Made by a program: the position numbers and the translations under genes. From the NCBI RefSeq assembly GCF_018350175.1, contig NC_058368.1:113648001-113712000 (forward strand): a stretch of 64,000 bases of DNA. The letters are read 5' to 3'. How positions within the stretch are numbered: the stretch's first letter is position 1; each line of letters opens with the position of its first letter. The notes beneath the pieces were generated by a model. That model searched no databases and was not told the origin of the DNA. It saw only the letters and a list, made by a program, of their open reading frames with translations. Below, piece by piece: positions 11,201 to 23,243 of the stretch. This stretch comes from Felis catus. Lineage: Eukaryota.

Positions 11201-14200
11201 AGGAATTAGCAAACAACTGCAAGGCTGTCTGCTTCATCTTGAGGAGGAACACGGGGAAGCCTAGGTCTCTGCCTGCAAAGGAGAATCTCCAGGCCAAATG
11301 GAGGGAAACCTGCTGACTTACTGAAAGTCCCTGAGCACAGAAGGAGCACAGACCAACTGCAGATCCTCAGAGGAAGCCTGGTAATACCAGTGGAGTGTCC
11401 ACCAGCATCTGGGACCCCAGGCAGGGAGTGCGTGCCGCTCTCAAGTACAGGAGATGGAGATGTCATCCTACAAAAGAGTGTGGCAAATATACTGACATAC
11501 ATGTGCCAGGATGTCCCCCACTGTCCTGTGAGGGGAGGCCTGGGCAAAGGAATTCAGTTTCATTCAACAGAAAATTTGGAGAAGAGACTCCAAGTGCACT
11601 CTGATCATGCGTCTCGGTCTTTATGTTCTAACACACGAGCTGCCCAAAATCTAGTGGTAAGTGGTAAGAAGTTACTTTTGAATACAACGTGGATCATGGG
11701 ATTCTATTTTTATGAAATCTTAAATACTCGCTTTTGGGAAGTGCTGTACCAACAAATTACAGCCATCATCTCACCTTGGACGGACAGGTCTCTACTATTA
11801 CCTTATTTTGTAATTGAGGACCCTGGCTCAAAGCTCTTCTCAGGCGATCCTGCTGAATATAGACTACACTGATTCCCAGGGACCAGTTTAAGCATTCCTA
11901 GCGCATTCTGAGTTTTTCCCCAAGATTCCACTTTATTCTGAATATGAACTGTCAAAAAAAATCAAAACGCACATCTAAACACTAATTCTCTTTTGCTTGT
12001 GACAAGTGAAAAACATCACAAGCAAAACCCAAACACATGTATACCATAATGCATTTTACTAACTTCTCATTTTTCTAAAGCAACTTTGATACCAAACATA
12101 TTAAGAAGTTGATAATTAATAGCTGAGTGGATAGATGGAGGGGATTTATATACACTACCTAGTAGCTCCGGCTGCCTTCCTGAAGGTTCTTCTTTGCCAT
12201 ACCTACTCATCCCCAGCTCCTGGAATGAGCTCCAACTCGCTGGAGCACAAATCACAGCGCTCCCCTGCCCCCACCAAAACCTGAGATAGTCTCCTGGCTT
12301 CTCTGAAACTACCACCTTTGGAGAGAGCTATACCACACCTAGATCTTACAGTCCTACATGGAAATCTGCCTCCAGACAGACTTCATTCCCAAATACCTAA
12401 ATAAACCTTTAACCCTCACAGTCCTCAAATACCAAACAATTCATACTGAGCCTCCAACTTATTCCCATCAACAACCAGTTTGCCAATCACCAGGGTCCAG
12501 TAAGTGTGTGGATGACAAAGGCTATATTTAATCAATGAAATACTTGTATTTTTTTTTTTGAAAGATCACCCCTGCTCCACTCCACTCACCCATTCTCCCT
12601 AAATCCTGCCTCTAAGTTACCTTAAACCAAAATTAGAGCACTTGCAGGTCAAAGAGCCCATCTCCAACTAATGGTTTACGAAAACATCATCTATACACCA
12701 ATTTTGAGAAATGATTCCAAATGGAAAGATAATAGAGAAAATCCTTTCTCCAACTCATAACGGTCTGAACAAATTTAATATAGAAGAGGAAAAAAATTGA
12801 TTCTAAGAGGTCATGCAGATTGGACTGCTTTCCTATCCTATTCCATCCTTCCCAACAGTGTCTGCAATCTGAGACCCTCCTGCTCCCAGCAAGCCCACTG
12901 GCTGGGTCAGAGAGACAAGCAGGCCAGTGTCCCTAGGTGTTGAAAGACAGTGACCAAACATGCCTGTCCTTTGTCACTAACCACCTTTCTCGTTTCCCCT
13001 TCTGCCGAGCCATCTGCAGGAAAATGTCAACATGTGCTGCAGGGAGAAAATGTATTTGCTAATTTATGTGCTGGGTAAATTCACTTATTCAGTAGAATAA
13101 TAAAAATGTGACTGCTCACCACCCTTTCCTTCGAGAGTAAAGACATCTTTATTAATGATTTTAAAACCTGAAGAAACGGCAGTGCTTGCTCTGTTTACAT
13201 TTCCCTATATTAAATGCAAGACATTCTCTTGCTGGTGGCAAAACATCGAAACTACCCTTCTGGTCATGATTTATTGCTGGAGGAATTTTATTAAATTGGG
13301 ATGTGACCATGTGTCTAGCTATCAATTACATCACTGGGAAAAGAAAACAACAGAGATTTACATTTTCAGTAATTCCTGAAATAAGCACTCTATGTTCCTG
13401 GAGGTGTTAGAAAATATTTTCCAAGACTTCCTATTTTAACCCCCTAAGGTCCAGAGCTTCAAACGTTCACTATGCTGCTGTTAAAAAGAGTCACAGATAA
13501 TCCTAGTCTTTCTCCCCCTTGTACTAACTGGAGGATATTACATCTTATCCCCCATGTGCTGTAGCTTTGCTGATCAAAGCCTGTTCTACCACAGACCTCC
13601 TTGATTCTGAATTTGGCCTGAATCCACAAATGAACATTCAATTAGGACCAGAAAAGCATTCAGATTTGGGCTAGCACAGTTATAAATAAACTGGAAGAGG
13701 AGATACAGGATGACATTTTAAGTCCTAGTTAGAGGATCTGAGGCACTTGGGGGGTTAAATTTCAGTAGATAAAGAAAAAAAGTATTTCAGAATAAGTATG
13801 TAAATAGAGATTTATTAATAATTCCTGGACTAAGTAAGAAGGTGACACAGATAGAGAAGGTCCCCAGTGTTGGAAATTCCAATCATAAAAGGCAGTTCCT
13901 TTGTATTACAAGCACACAAATACTTCTGAATTGAATCAGGGCTACTGGCAACTCCCTGGGCTGGCTTTTAAAATAGGATTTGTGAGAGAATAGGGAAAAT
14001 CCAACCCATGTGTTTACGTAGCTATTGAAGGCGACTAGCAGAAGGAAAAACTGTGAACTCCATAGTCCAGGGTGTAATGACATGCACAAAATTTAGAAGA
14101 AAGGATCCCTTAAGTTGCAATCAAGGTGACAGCTAGGTCTTGCCTTCTCCCTCCATCGAAAAGAATAGTGCACACTGTCTAGATCCAATAATGGGGCAAA

Positions 14201-14519
14201 GAGGTAATTCCTTGTTCCAGACAACACATCCCAGAAGCTCTACCCCAATGAACACTGAGCCAGAAAGGCACAACTAGATAATCCCTAACTGGCCAATTGT
14301 ACAAATGAATCAAAATTAAAGTAAAGGCCCTTATTTTCATAACCCAGAGTCTGGTAGTAAGCTCACCTTGCTTCTGGAAAAAAGACCAAACTTTTGCTGA
14401 ACTACATCCATTTACTTTCCTGTTAATTCAACTGAATGAAAAACTCATTAGCTAACACACTTAAGTGTTACCTTAGCAACCCTGACAAATCACATACTCC
14501 CAAATACTATAAAATCTCA

Positions 14520-15290
14520 GGTCATCTTGCTGACTCTCAAAAACCTAAGCAGATGAAAACCATAAATCCATAGATCCTAGAACTTGAATGAACCACAAGC
14601 CCAAGGAACAGGAAGAAAACTGAAGGCATGTCATAATCAACTGCACCAAACCAGTGGTAAACAGAAAATCTTAAAAGTAGCCATGGATAAAAAAGATGTC
14701 ACATAGAGAAGAACAAGAAAAAAGAAAAAAAAATAAATTTCACCATGGCAATAACACAAACAAAAATACAGATGAGCAACATCTTTAAAGTACATAAAGA
14801 AAAAAAAACTGTCAACCTAGATGGAATTCTATACCTGGCAAAAATGTCTTTCAAAAATAAAGTTGAAATAAAGAATTTTCAGACAGACAAAAGCTGTTAA
14901 GAATTCATCACTAACAGGGGCGCCTGGGTGGCTTGGTCGGTTAAGCGTCCGACTTCAGCTCAGGTCATGATCTCACGGTCCGTGAGTTCGAGCCCCGCGT
15001 CAGGCTCTGTGCTGACAGCTCAGAGCCTGGAGCCTGTTTCAGATTCTGTGTCTCCCTCTCTCTCTCTGCCCCTCCCCTGTTCATGCTCTGTCTCTCTCTG
15101 TCTGAAAAACAAATAAAAACGTTAAAAAAAATGTTAAAAAAAAAAAAGAAAAAAGAAAAAAAGAATTCATCACTAACAGAGCTGACGTACAAGAAACGTT
15201 AAAGGTAATACTTAGGCAGAAGGAAAACTACCCAGATGCAAATAGAGACTTATAGAAAGATACCAAGAACTCTGGAAATGGTAACAGCAT
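14520..15290 (+). mobile_element. Old L1 ORF1-region fragment (L1M type), interrupted by a Can-SINE
   Basis: Decayed ORF1 C-terminal sequence (GAATTCTATACCTGGCAAAAATGTCTTTCAAAAAT). Confidence 0.75.
14917..15160 (+). mobile_element. Can-SINE (felid)
   Basis: 18-bp perfect TSD AAGAATTCATCACTAACA at 14899-14916 and 15161-15178. Confidence 0.97.
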
Positions 15291-15599
15291 GGGCTATCAA
15301 AATCAACAAAGTTATATATATTAATTGCTTTCCTTACAGTAATTATCTTGTTTAAAATGTGTTTTAACCTTTTAGCTCTTGGCTGTATAGTTTAGCTCTT
15401 GCTTTCTTTCATACTGTCTTGAACTTAGGAGAGCAAAATAATAGCTTTATATAACACTATTCAAAGATAACATAGCTCAGGACTCCAGAAAATCTCTTAT
15501 TCTCCCTAAAGAGCTAGAACACTGGGGGAAATGAAATAAAATATATAGTGGAAAAAGCAACCTATAACTCACTGAAAAAACCCAAAAGCTATCAAAAAT

Positions 15600-16040
15600 A
15601 ATATGAATGAGAAACCGCCAAACCTTTTTCCAACGTCTTTGTACCATTTCACATCGTTGAATGCAATCCATCAGAGTGTGAGATATTCCACACCTTCATC
15701 AACACCAGGTACTGTCAGTCTTTTCAATGTTATCCAGTGTATTGGAAATGAAACAGTACATATTCATTTCCATAATGACTAACAGTTTTTATCTCTTCAT
15801 GTGTTCAGTGCCCATTTGTAGTTCTCCTTTTATGAAATTTTGTTCCAATCTTTGGCCCATTTCCTAATTTGGTTGTCTTCTCATTATAAAGTTGTAATAT
15901 TTCATTACATATTCCACATTCAAGTCTTTTGTCATACACATATACATGCGTATACACACACAAAACACACACACACACACATACATATTCTCCCAGCCTC
16001 TGACTTGTTTTTTCATTTTCCTAATGAGTTGTTTCAAAAA
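15600..16040 (-). mobile_element. Old L1 (L1MC/ME-like) segment, inverted
   Basis: Reverse complement resembles the L1 ORF2 3' region; abuts a sense L1 3' segment. Confidence 0.75.
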
Positions 16041-16049
16041 GCTTATGGG

Positions 16050-16368
16050 AAGTCCCAAGCTGGAAACAAACCAAATGTCCATCAACAGATGAATGGATGA
16101 ACAAAATATGTTATATCCACACAATGGAATACTAATCAGCAATAAAAATAATGAATTACTGATATACACAATAGCATGAACAAATCTTAAAAAAGATAAT
16201 ACTAAGAAGCTAAACATAAAACATTACATACTGTATGATTTCGTATATATGGTAAAACTTATGTACAGTGACAGAAAGTATATCAGGTCTCCTGGGGCTG
16301 GAGAATTGATTGCAAAGGTTCCAGAGGAAACTTATAGTAATGGAAATGTTTTAAATCTTAATTTTAGT
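16050..16368 (+). mobile_element. Old L1 3' end (resumes at ~23505-23600 after nested insertions)
   Basis: AAATGTCCATCAACAGATGAATGGAT..ATGGAATACT; terminal CTCAATAAA at ~23577-23585. Confidence 0.8.
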
Positions 16369-16565
16369 GGGGCACCTAGGTGGCTTAGTTAAACATCCAA
16401 CTGTTGACTTCGACTCAGGTCATGATTTAACCATTTGGGAGTTTGAGCCCCACGTCGGGTTCCATGCTGACAGTACAGAGCCTGCTTCGAATTCTCTCTC
16501 TCCCTCTCTCTGCCCCTCCCCCCTGCTATCTAAATAAATAAACAAACAAACATACTTAAAAAAAA
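16369..16565 (+). mobile_element. Can-SINE whose tail received the full-length L1
   Basis: TSD TAAATCTTAATT(T/G)TAG at 16352-16367 and 23488-23503. Confidence 0.92.
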
Positions 16566-17439
16566 TAAATCTTCTTTGTGGGGGAAGAGAGGACGGAGAC
16601 TGGGGAGGGGGGAGAACAAGGGAAAATCACCCCTCCCCAAAGCAGCAGGAGAGAAAGTGGAAAATTGGAAACAGCTACAGAGACTAAACCAAAAAGGGAG
16701 AAAGGAGAGAGTTTAAATTCCATTAATACTGTAAACAAGGGGAATGCAAAGGCTGCAACTCCGCAGCTCGATATCTGGCAGTGCTCTGGTGGGAAGGATG
16801 AATCCCCAGGAACAGAGTGGGGTCCAGGAGGTTCTCGGGCCACACGGAGAAAAGAGGTTCTACTGCTGGAGGGACATTTGGTGGAGACTGGGGAAGCCAC
16901 CTGGTCCCAGCAGACCCCAGAGGGCAGCCACGTTCGCTCGTGCTAGGGAAGGTCATTAAGGGTGAAGCCTGGTGCCAGATGTGTGCTGTGATTTTCCATA
17001 ATCCCTGACACGCTACTGCTACACTGTCTCGCAAACATTTTCTGGGATGCGCTGGCACCTGGCCACAGTCTTGGGGAACCAGCAACAGCGGGTCCAGTGG
17101 GCGTACCTGGGTGCAGCCGATATTCGGCCATTGCTCATTCGACCATTGCTCAGTGAGACCCTCCTGCAGAAGGCCGGAACGGGTCAAAGCCACAGACCTT
17201 CTTAAGTAGGGGGCCGGGGAAAACAGCCGCATCTGAGACAAGGCTTGGGAGAGAGGTGCTGCCTGGGGCCTGGTCACTGAGAGTGGAGAAGCGGGGAGTG
17301 GACGAGAGCTGAAGACAGAGTGCGCAACTGCTGATCCGGGAGAACAGACTGGGTAGCTGGGTGGTGCCATATTGACTGCTCCCGCGCATGCGCGTACACA
17401 CCTACGAGCCCTGCAACAATCCACCCAAATAGGTTAGCA

Positions 17440-17453
17440 GCGCCCCCTAGTGG
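17440..17453 (-). promoter_or_regulatory. CTCF core motif inside the L1 5' UTR
   Basis: Minus strand reads CCACTAGGGGGCGC, a canonical CTCF core. Binding is not shown. Confidence 0.5.
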
Positions 17454-17629
17454 AGAGCGGAGCTGTTACACTGAGCCCCGCCCAACTGGGCCAACTTCGC
17501 TCTTCAAGAACACAAGTCTCACCACCAGCTTAATTTATTGACTATAAAGAGCTACATAGACTGACTTCTAGGCAAAAATGAAGCAATTTCAGTCCTACTT
17601 CAATCTGTTAGCAGGTTCATCTATTCAAT

Positions 17630-18305
17630 TTTTTTTTGTTTTTTTTTCTTTTTCCTTTTTCTCTTTTACAATTCTTTTCTCTTTCTTGAATACAGAAAGA
17701 AGAAAAACTCATTTTTATTTTCCATTTTTATTAAAAATACCTTTAACTTTTATTACTATACTTTTTACTTTTGTGTAAATTTTTTCAAATTCTACTTTAC
17801 TTCCATCATTTTATTTTAGCCTACTTCAGTGTATTCACCTTTTAAAATTCTCAATTTCCTTTTTTTCTTTTTCTTTTTTCCTCTTTTTCATTTCTTTTCC
17901 TTTTCTTGAATGCAGAAAGAGAAAAACTTCATTTTTACTTTCAATTTCTATTAAAATGTTTTTATTTAATTTTTACTACCATATTTTTTGCTGTTACGTA
18001 AGTTTTCTCAAATTATGTTTTACTTCCATCATGTTATTTTAGTCTACTACAGTGTATTCACTTTTTCAAATTTTCAAATGATTTTTTCTTTTCTTTATCT
18101 TTTTTTCTTTTTCATTTCTTTCCTTTTTTCTTAATTACATAAAAGGAAAAATTCATATTTATTTTTAATTATTATTAAAAATATTTTTAATTTTTTGTAC
18201 TACATTCTTTACTTTTCTGTATATTTTTTCAAATTCTATTTTACCCCCATCATCTCATTTTAGTCTACTTCAGTGTATTCATTTTTTCAAATTTTCAAAT
18301 GATTT
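17630..18305 (+). repeat. About 3 x 220-225-bp T-rich tandem repeat in the L1 5' UTR
   Basis: CTTGAATACAGAAAG-like anchor recurs at 17685, 17905 and 18130, each followed by the same TTCAAATT..CCATCAT..CTACTTCAGTGTATTCA block. Confidence 0.9.
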
Positions 18306-18394
18306 CCTTCCCCCCCTTTCTTTTTCTTTAATCTGTCAAACCACGTTCAACACCCAGACCAAAACACACCTAGGATCTAGCATCATCTATTCGA

Positions 18395-18426
<32 letters not shown>

Positions 18427-18514
18427 CAATTTTTAATTTCAATATTTTTTAATTTTAATTTTAATTTTTTAATTTCAATTTTTCTACCTCATTAATTCCT
18501 TTTCTCCCTTCAAA

Positions 18515-19392
18515 ATGACAAAACAAAGGAATTCACCCCATAAGAAAGAGCACGAAGAAACGACAGCCAGGGATTTAACCAACACAGATGCAAGCAAGAT
18601 GTCTGAACCAGAATTTAGAATCACAATAATAAGAATACTAGCTGGAGTCAAAAATAGATTAGAATCCCTTTCTGCAGAGATAAAAGAAGTAAAAAATAGC
18701 CAGAATGAAATTAAAAATGCTATAACTGAGCTGCAATCACAGATGGATGTAGCAGCAGCAAGGATGGACGAGGCAGAACAGAGAATCAGCGATATAGAGG
18801 ACAAACATACAGAGAATAACGAAGCAGAGAAAAAGAGGGAGATTAAGGCAAAAGAGCACAATTTGAGAATTAGAGAAATCCATGACTCATTAAAAAGGAA
18901 AAACTTCAGAATCATAGGGGTCCCAGAAAAGGAAGAGAGAGAAATAGGGGTAGAAGGGTTATGTGAGCAAATCATAGCAGAAAACTTTCCTAACCTGGGG
19001 AAAGACACAGACATCAAAATCCAGGAAGCACAGAGGACCCCCATTAGATTAAAAAAAAACCCGACCATCAACAAGGCATAGCATAGTCAAATTCACAAAA
19101 TACTCAGGCAAGGAAAGAATCATGAAAGCAGCAAGGGAAAAAAAGTCCCTAACATACAAAAGAAGGCAGATCAGGTTTGCAGCAGACCTATCCACAGAAA
19201 CTTGGCAAGCCAGAAGGGAGTGGCAGGATATATTCACTATGCTGAATCAGAAAAATATGCAGCCAAGAATTCTTTATCCAGCAAAGCTGTCATTCAAAAT
19301 GGAAGGAGAGATAAAAAGTTTCCCAGACAAAAATTAAAGGAGTTGTGACCACTAAACCAGCCCTGCAAGAAATTTTAAGGGGGACTTTCTGA
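18515..19392 (+). pseudogene. L1 ORF1p, frameshifted
   Basis: ORF-track pieces 18515-19081 (coiled coil, RIIGVPE) and 19122-19337 (ARREW, YPAKLSF); frameshifts near 19055 and 19330. Confidence 0.95.
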
Positions 19393-19425
19393 GGGGAGAA
19401 AAGATGGGAAAAAAAATAATAAATA

Positions 19426-19464
<39 letters not shown>

Positions 19465-19531
19465 AAAATCAACAAAAGATTAGAAAGGACCAGAGAACAT
19501 CACTAGAAACTCCAACTCTACAAGCATCATA

Positions 19532-22500
19532 ATGGCAATAAATTCATATCTTTCAGTACTCACTGTAAACGTCAATGGATTCAATGCTCCAATCAAACCA
19601 CATAGGGTAACAGAAGGGATAAGAAAACAAGATCCATCTATATGCTGTTTACAAGAGACCCACTTTAGACCTAAAGACACCTTCAGATTGAAAATAAGGG
19701 GATGGAGAACTATCTATCATGCTAATGGTCAACAAAAGAAAGCCAGAGTAGCCAGACTTATATCAGACAATCTAGACTTTAAAATAAAGAGTGTATCAAA
19801 GGATGCAGAAGGGCATTATATCATAATCAAGGGGTCTATAGACCAAGAAACACCCCACTCACAGCAATGAACAGATCATCTAATCAAAAAATCAACAAGG
19901 AAACAATGGCTTTGAATGACATGCTGGACCAGATGGACTTAACAGATATATTCAGAATATTGCATCCTAAAGCAGCAGAATATATATTCTTCTCCAGTGC
20001 ACATGGAACATTCTCCAGAATAGACCATATACTGGGACACAAATCAGCCCTAAATAAGTACAAAAAGATCGAGATCATACCGTGCATATTTTCAAACCAC
20101 AATGCTATAAAACTTGAAATCAACCACAAGAAAAAATTTGGAAAAAATCTGGAGACTGAAGAACACCCTACTAAAGAATGAATGGGCTAACCAAGCAGTT
20201 AAAGAGGAAATGTAAAAGTATATGGAAGTCAGTGAAAATGATAATACCACAACCAAAACCTCTGGGACGCAGGAAAGGTGGTCATAAGAGGAAAGTATGT
20301 AGCAATCCAGGCCTTCCTAAACAAGGAAGAAAGATCTCAGATACACAACCTAACCTTACAACTTAAGGGACTGGAAAAAGAATAGCAAATAAAACCCAAA
20401 AACAGCAGAAGACAGGAAATAATAAAGATGAGAGCAGAAATTAATGCTATCGAAACAAAAAAAACAGTAGAACAGATCAATAAAACCAGAAGCTGGTTCT
20501 TTGAAAGAATTAACAAAATTAATAAACCACTAGCCAGTTTGGTCAAGAAGAAAAAGGAAAGGACTCAAATAAATAAAATCAAGAATGAAAGAGGAGAGAC
20601 CACAAGCAACACAACAGAAATAAAAACAATAATAAGAGAATATTATGAGCAATTATATGCCAATAAAATGGATAATCTGGAAGAAAAGGGCAAATTCCTA
20701 GAAACCTATACACTACCAAAACTGAAACAGGGAGAAATAGGAAATTTGAACAGACCCATAACCAGTAAGGAAATCGAGTTAGTAATAAAAAATCTGCCAA
20801 AAAACAAGAGTCCAGGGCCAGATGGCTTTCCTGGGGAATTCTACCAAACATTTAAGGAAGAGTTAACACCTATTCTCTTGAAACTGTTCCAAAAAATAGA
20901 AATGGAAGGAAAACTTACAAACTCTTTCTTTGAAGCCAGCATTACCTTGACTCCAAAACCAGACAGAGACCCACTAAAAAAGGAGAACTATAAACCAATT
21001 TCCCTGATGAACATGAATGTAAAAATCCTCAACAAGATATTAGCCAACCAGATCCAACAATACATTAAAAAAATTATTCACCATGGCCAAGTGGGATCTA
21101 TACCTGGGATGCAGGGCTGGTTCAAAGCCGCAAAACAATTAACGTGATTCATCACATCAATAAAAGAAAGGACAAAACCATATGATCCTCTCAATAGATG
21201 CAGAGAAAGCATCTGACAAAATACAGCATCCTTTTTTGATAAAAACCCTCAAGAAAGTAGGGACAGAAGGATCATACCTCGAAATCATAAAAGCCATATA
21301 TGAATGACCCAATGCTAATATCATCCTCAATGGGGAAAAACTGACAGCTTTCCCCCTAAGGTCAGGAATGAGACAGGGATGTCCACTCTCACCATTGTTA
21401 TTCAACATAGTATTGGAAGTCTTAGCCTCTGCAATCAGACAACACAAAGAAATAAAAGGTATCCAAATCAACCAGGAGGAGGTCAAACATTCACTCTTTG
21501 CAGATGACATGATACTCTATATGGAAAACCCAAAAGATCCCACCAAAAACTGCTAGAACTGCTTCATGAATTCAGCCAAGTTGCAGGATATAAAATCAAT
21601 GCACAGAAATCAGTTGCATTCCTATACACCAACAATGAAGTGACAGAAAGAGAAATCAAGGAATCGATCCCATTTACAGTTGCCCAAAAAACTATAAAAT
21701 ACCTAGGAATAAATCTAACCAAAGAGGTGAAAATTCTATACACTGAAAACTATAGAAAGCTTATGAAAGACACTGAAGAAGACACAAAAAAAAATGAAAA
21801 AGAGTCCATGCTCCTTGATAGGGAGAACAAGTATTGTTAAAATGTCGATACTACCCAAACAATCTACATATTCAATGTAATCCCTATCAAAGTAACACCA
21901 GCATTCTTCACAGAGCTAGAACAAATAATCCTAAAATTTGTATGGAACCAGAAAAGACCCTGAATAGCCAAAGCAATCTTGAAAAAGAAAACCAAAGCAG
22001 AAGGCATCACAATCCCAGACTTCAAGCTATACTACAATGCTGTAATCATCAAGACAGTATGGTACTGGCACAAGAACAGACACTCAGATCAATGGAACAG
22101 AATGGAGAACCCAGAAATGGACCCACAAACGTATGGCCAACTCATCTTTGACAAAACAGCAAAGAAGATCCAATGGAATAAAGACAGTCTCTTCAGCAAG
22201 TGGTGCTAGGAAAATTGGACAGCAACAAGCAGAAGAATGAACCTGGACCACTTTCTCAAACCATACACAAAAATAAACTCAAAATGGATGAAAGACCTCA
22301 ACGTAAGACAGGAAGCCATCAAAATCCTCAAGGAGAAAGCAGGCAAAAACCTCTTTGATCTTGGCCACAGCAACTTCTTACTCAACATGTCTCTGGAGGC
22401 AAGGGAAACAAAAGCAAAAATGAACTACTGGGACCTCATCAAAGTAAAAAGCTTCTGCACACTGAAGGAAACAATCAACAAAACTAAAAGGCAACCGACA

Positions 22501-23063
22501 GAATGGGAAAAGATATTTGCAAATGACATTTCAGATAAAGGGTTAGTATCCAAAATCTATAAAGAACTTCTCAAACTCAACACCCAAAAAACAAATAATC
22601 CAATGAAGAAATGGGCAGAAGATATGACTAGACACTTCTCCAAGGAAGACATCCACATGGCCAACAGACACATGAAAAAATGCTCAACATTACTCATCAT
22701 CAGGGAAATACAAATCAAAATCACACTGAGATACCACCTCACACCTGTCAGAGTGGCTAACAACTCAGGCAACAACAGATGTTGGCAAGGATGCGGAGAA
22801 AGAGGATCTCTTTTGCATTGTTGATGGCAATGCAAGCTGGTGCAGCCACTCTGGAAAACAGTATGGAGATTCCTCAAAAAACTAAAAATAGAACTACCCT
22901 ACAACCCAGGAATTGCACTACTAGGCATTTATCCAAGGGATACAGGTGTGCTGCTTCGAAGGGACACATGCACCCCCATGTTTATAGCAGCACTATCAAC
23001 AATAGCCAAAGTATGGAAAGAGCCCAAATGTCCATCGACAGATGAATGGATAAAGAAAATGTG

Positions 23064-23113
<50 letters not shown>

Positions 23114-23243
23114 GGAGTTATTACTCGGCAATCAAAAAGAATGAAATCTTGCCATTTGCAACTACGTGAATGGAACTGGAGGGTATTATGCTAAGTGAAA
23201 TTAGTCAGAGAAAGACAAAAATGATATGACTTTACTCATATGA
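19532..23243 (+). pseudogene. L1 ORF2p (endonuclease-RT-Cys domain), disrupted
   Basis: VNVNG..CLQETH endonuclease motifs; [11 protein letters not shown] and FADD RT motifs; multiple stops and frameshifts; endonuclease deletion at ~19849; (CA)n at 23067-23110. Confidence 0.95.

Noticed and set aside
16723..17424. 233-aa antisense ORF in the L1 5' UTR (and other antisense L1/SINE ORFs in the track)
   Set aside because: GC-rich repeat-derived open frames with no recognisable domain; the start is not an ATG. No evidence for an ORF0-like product.
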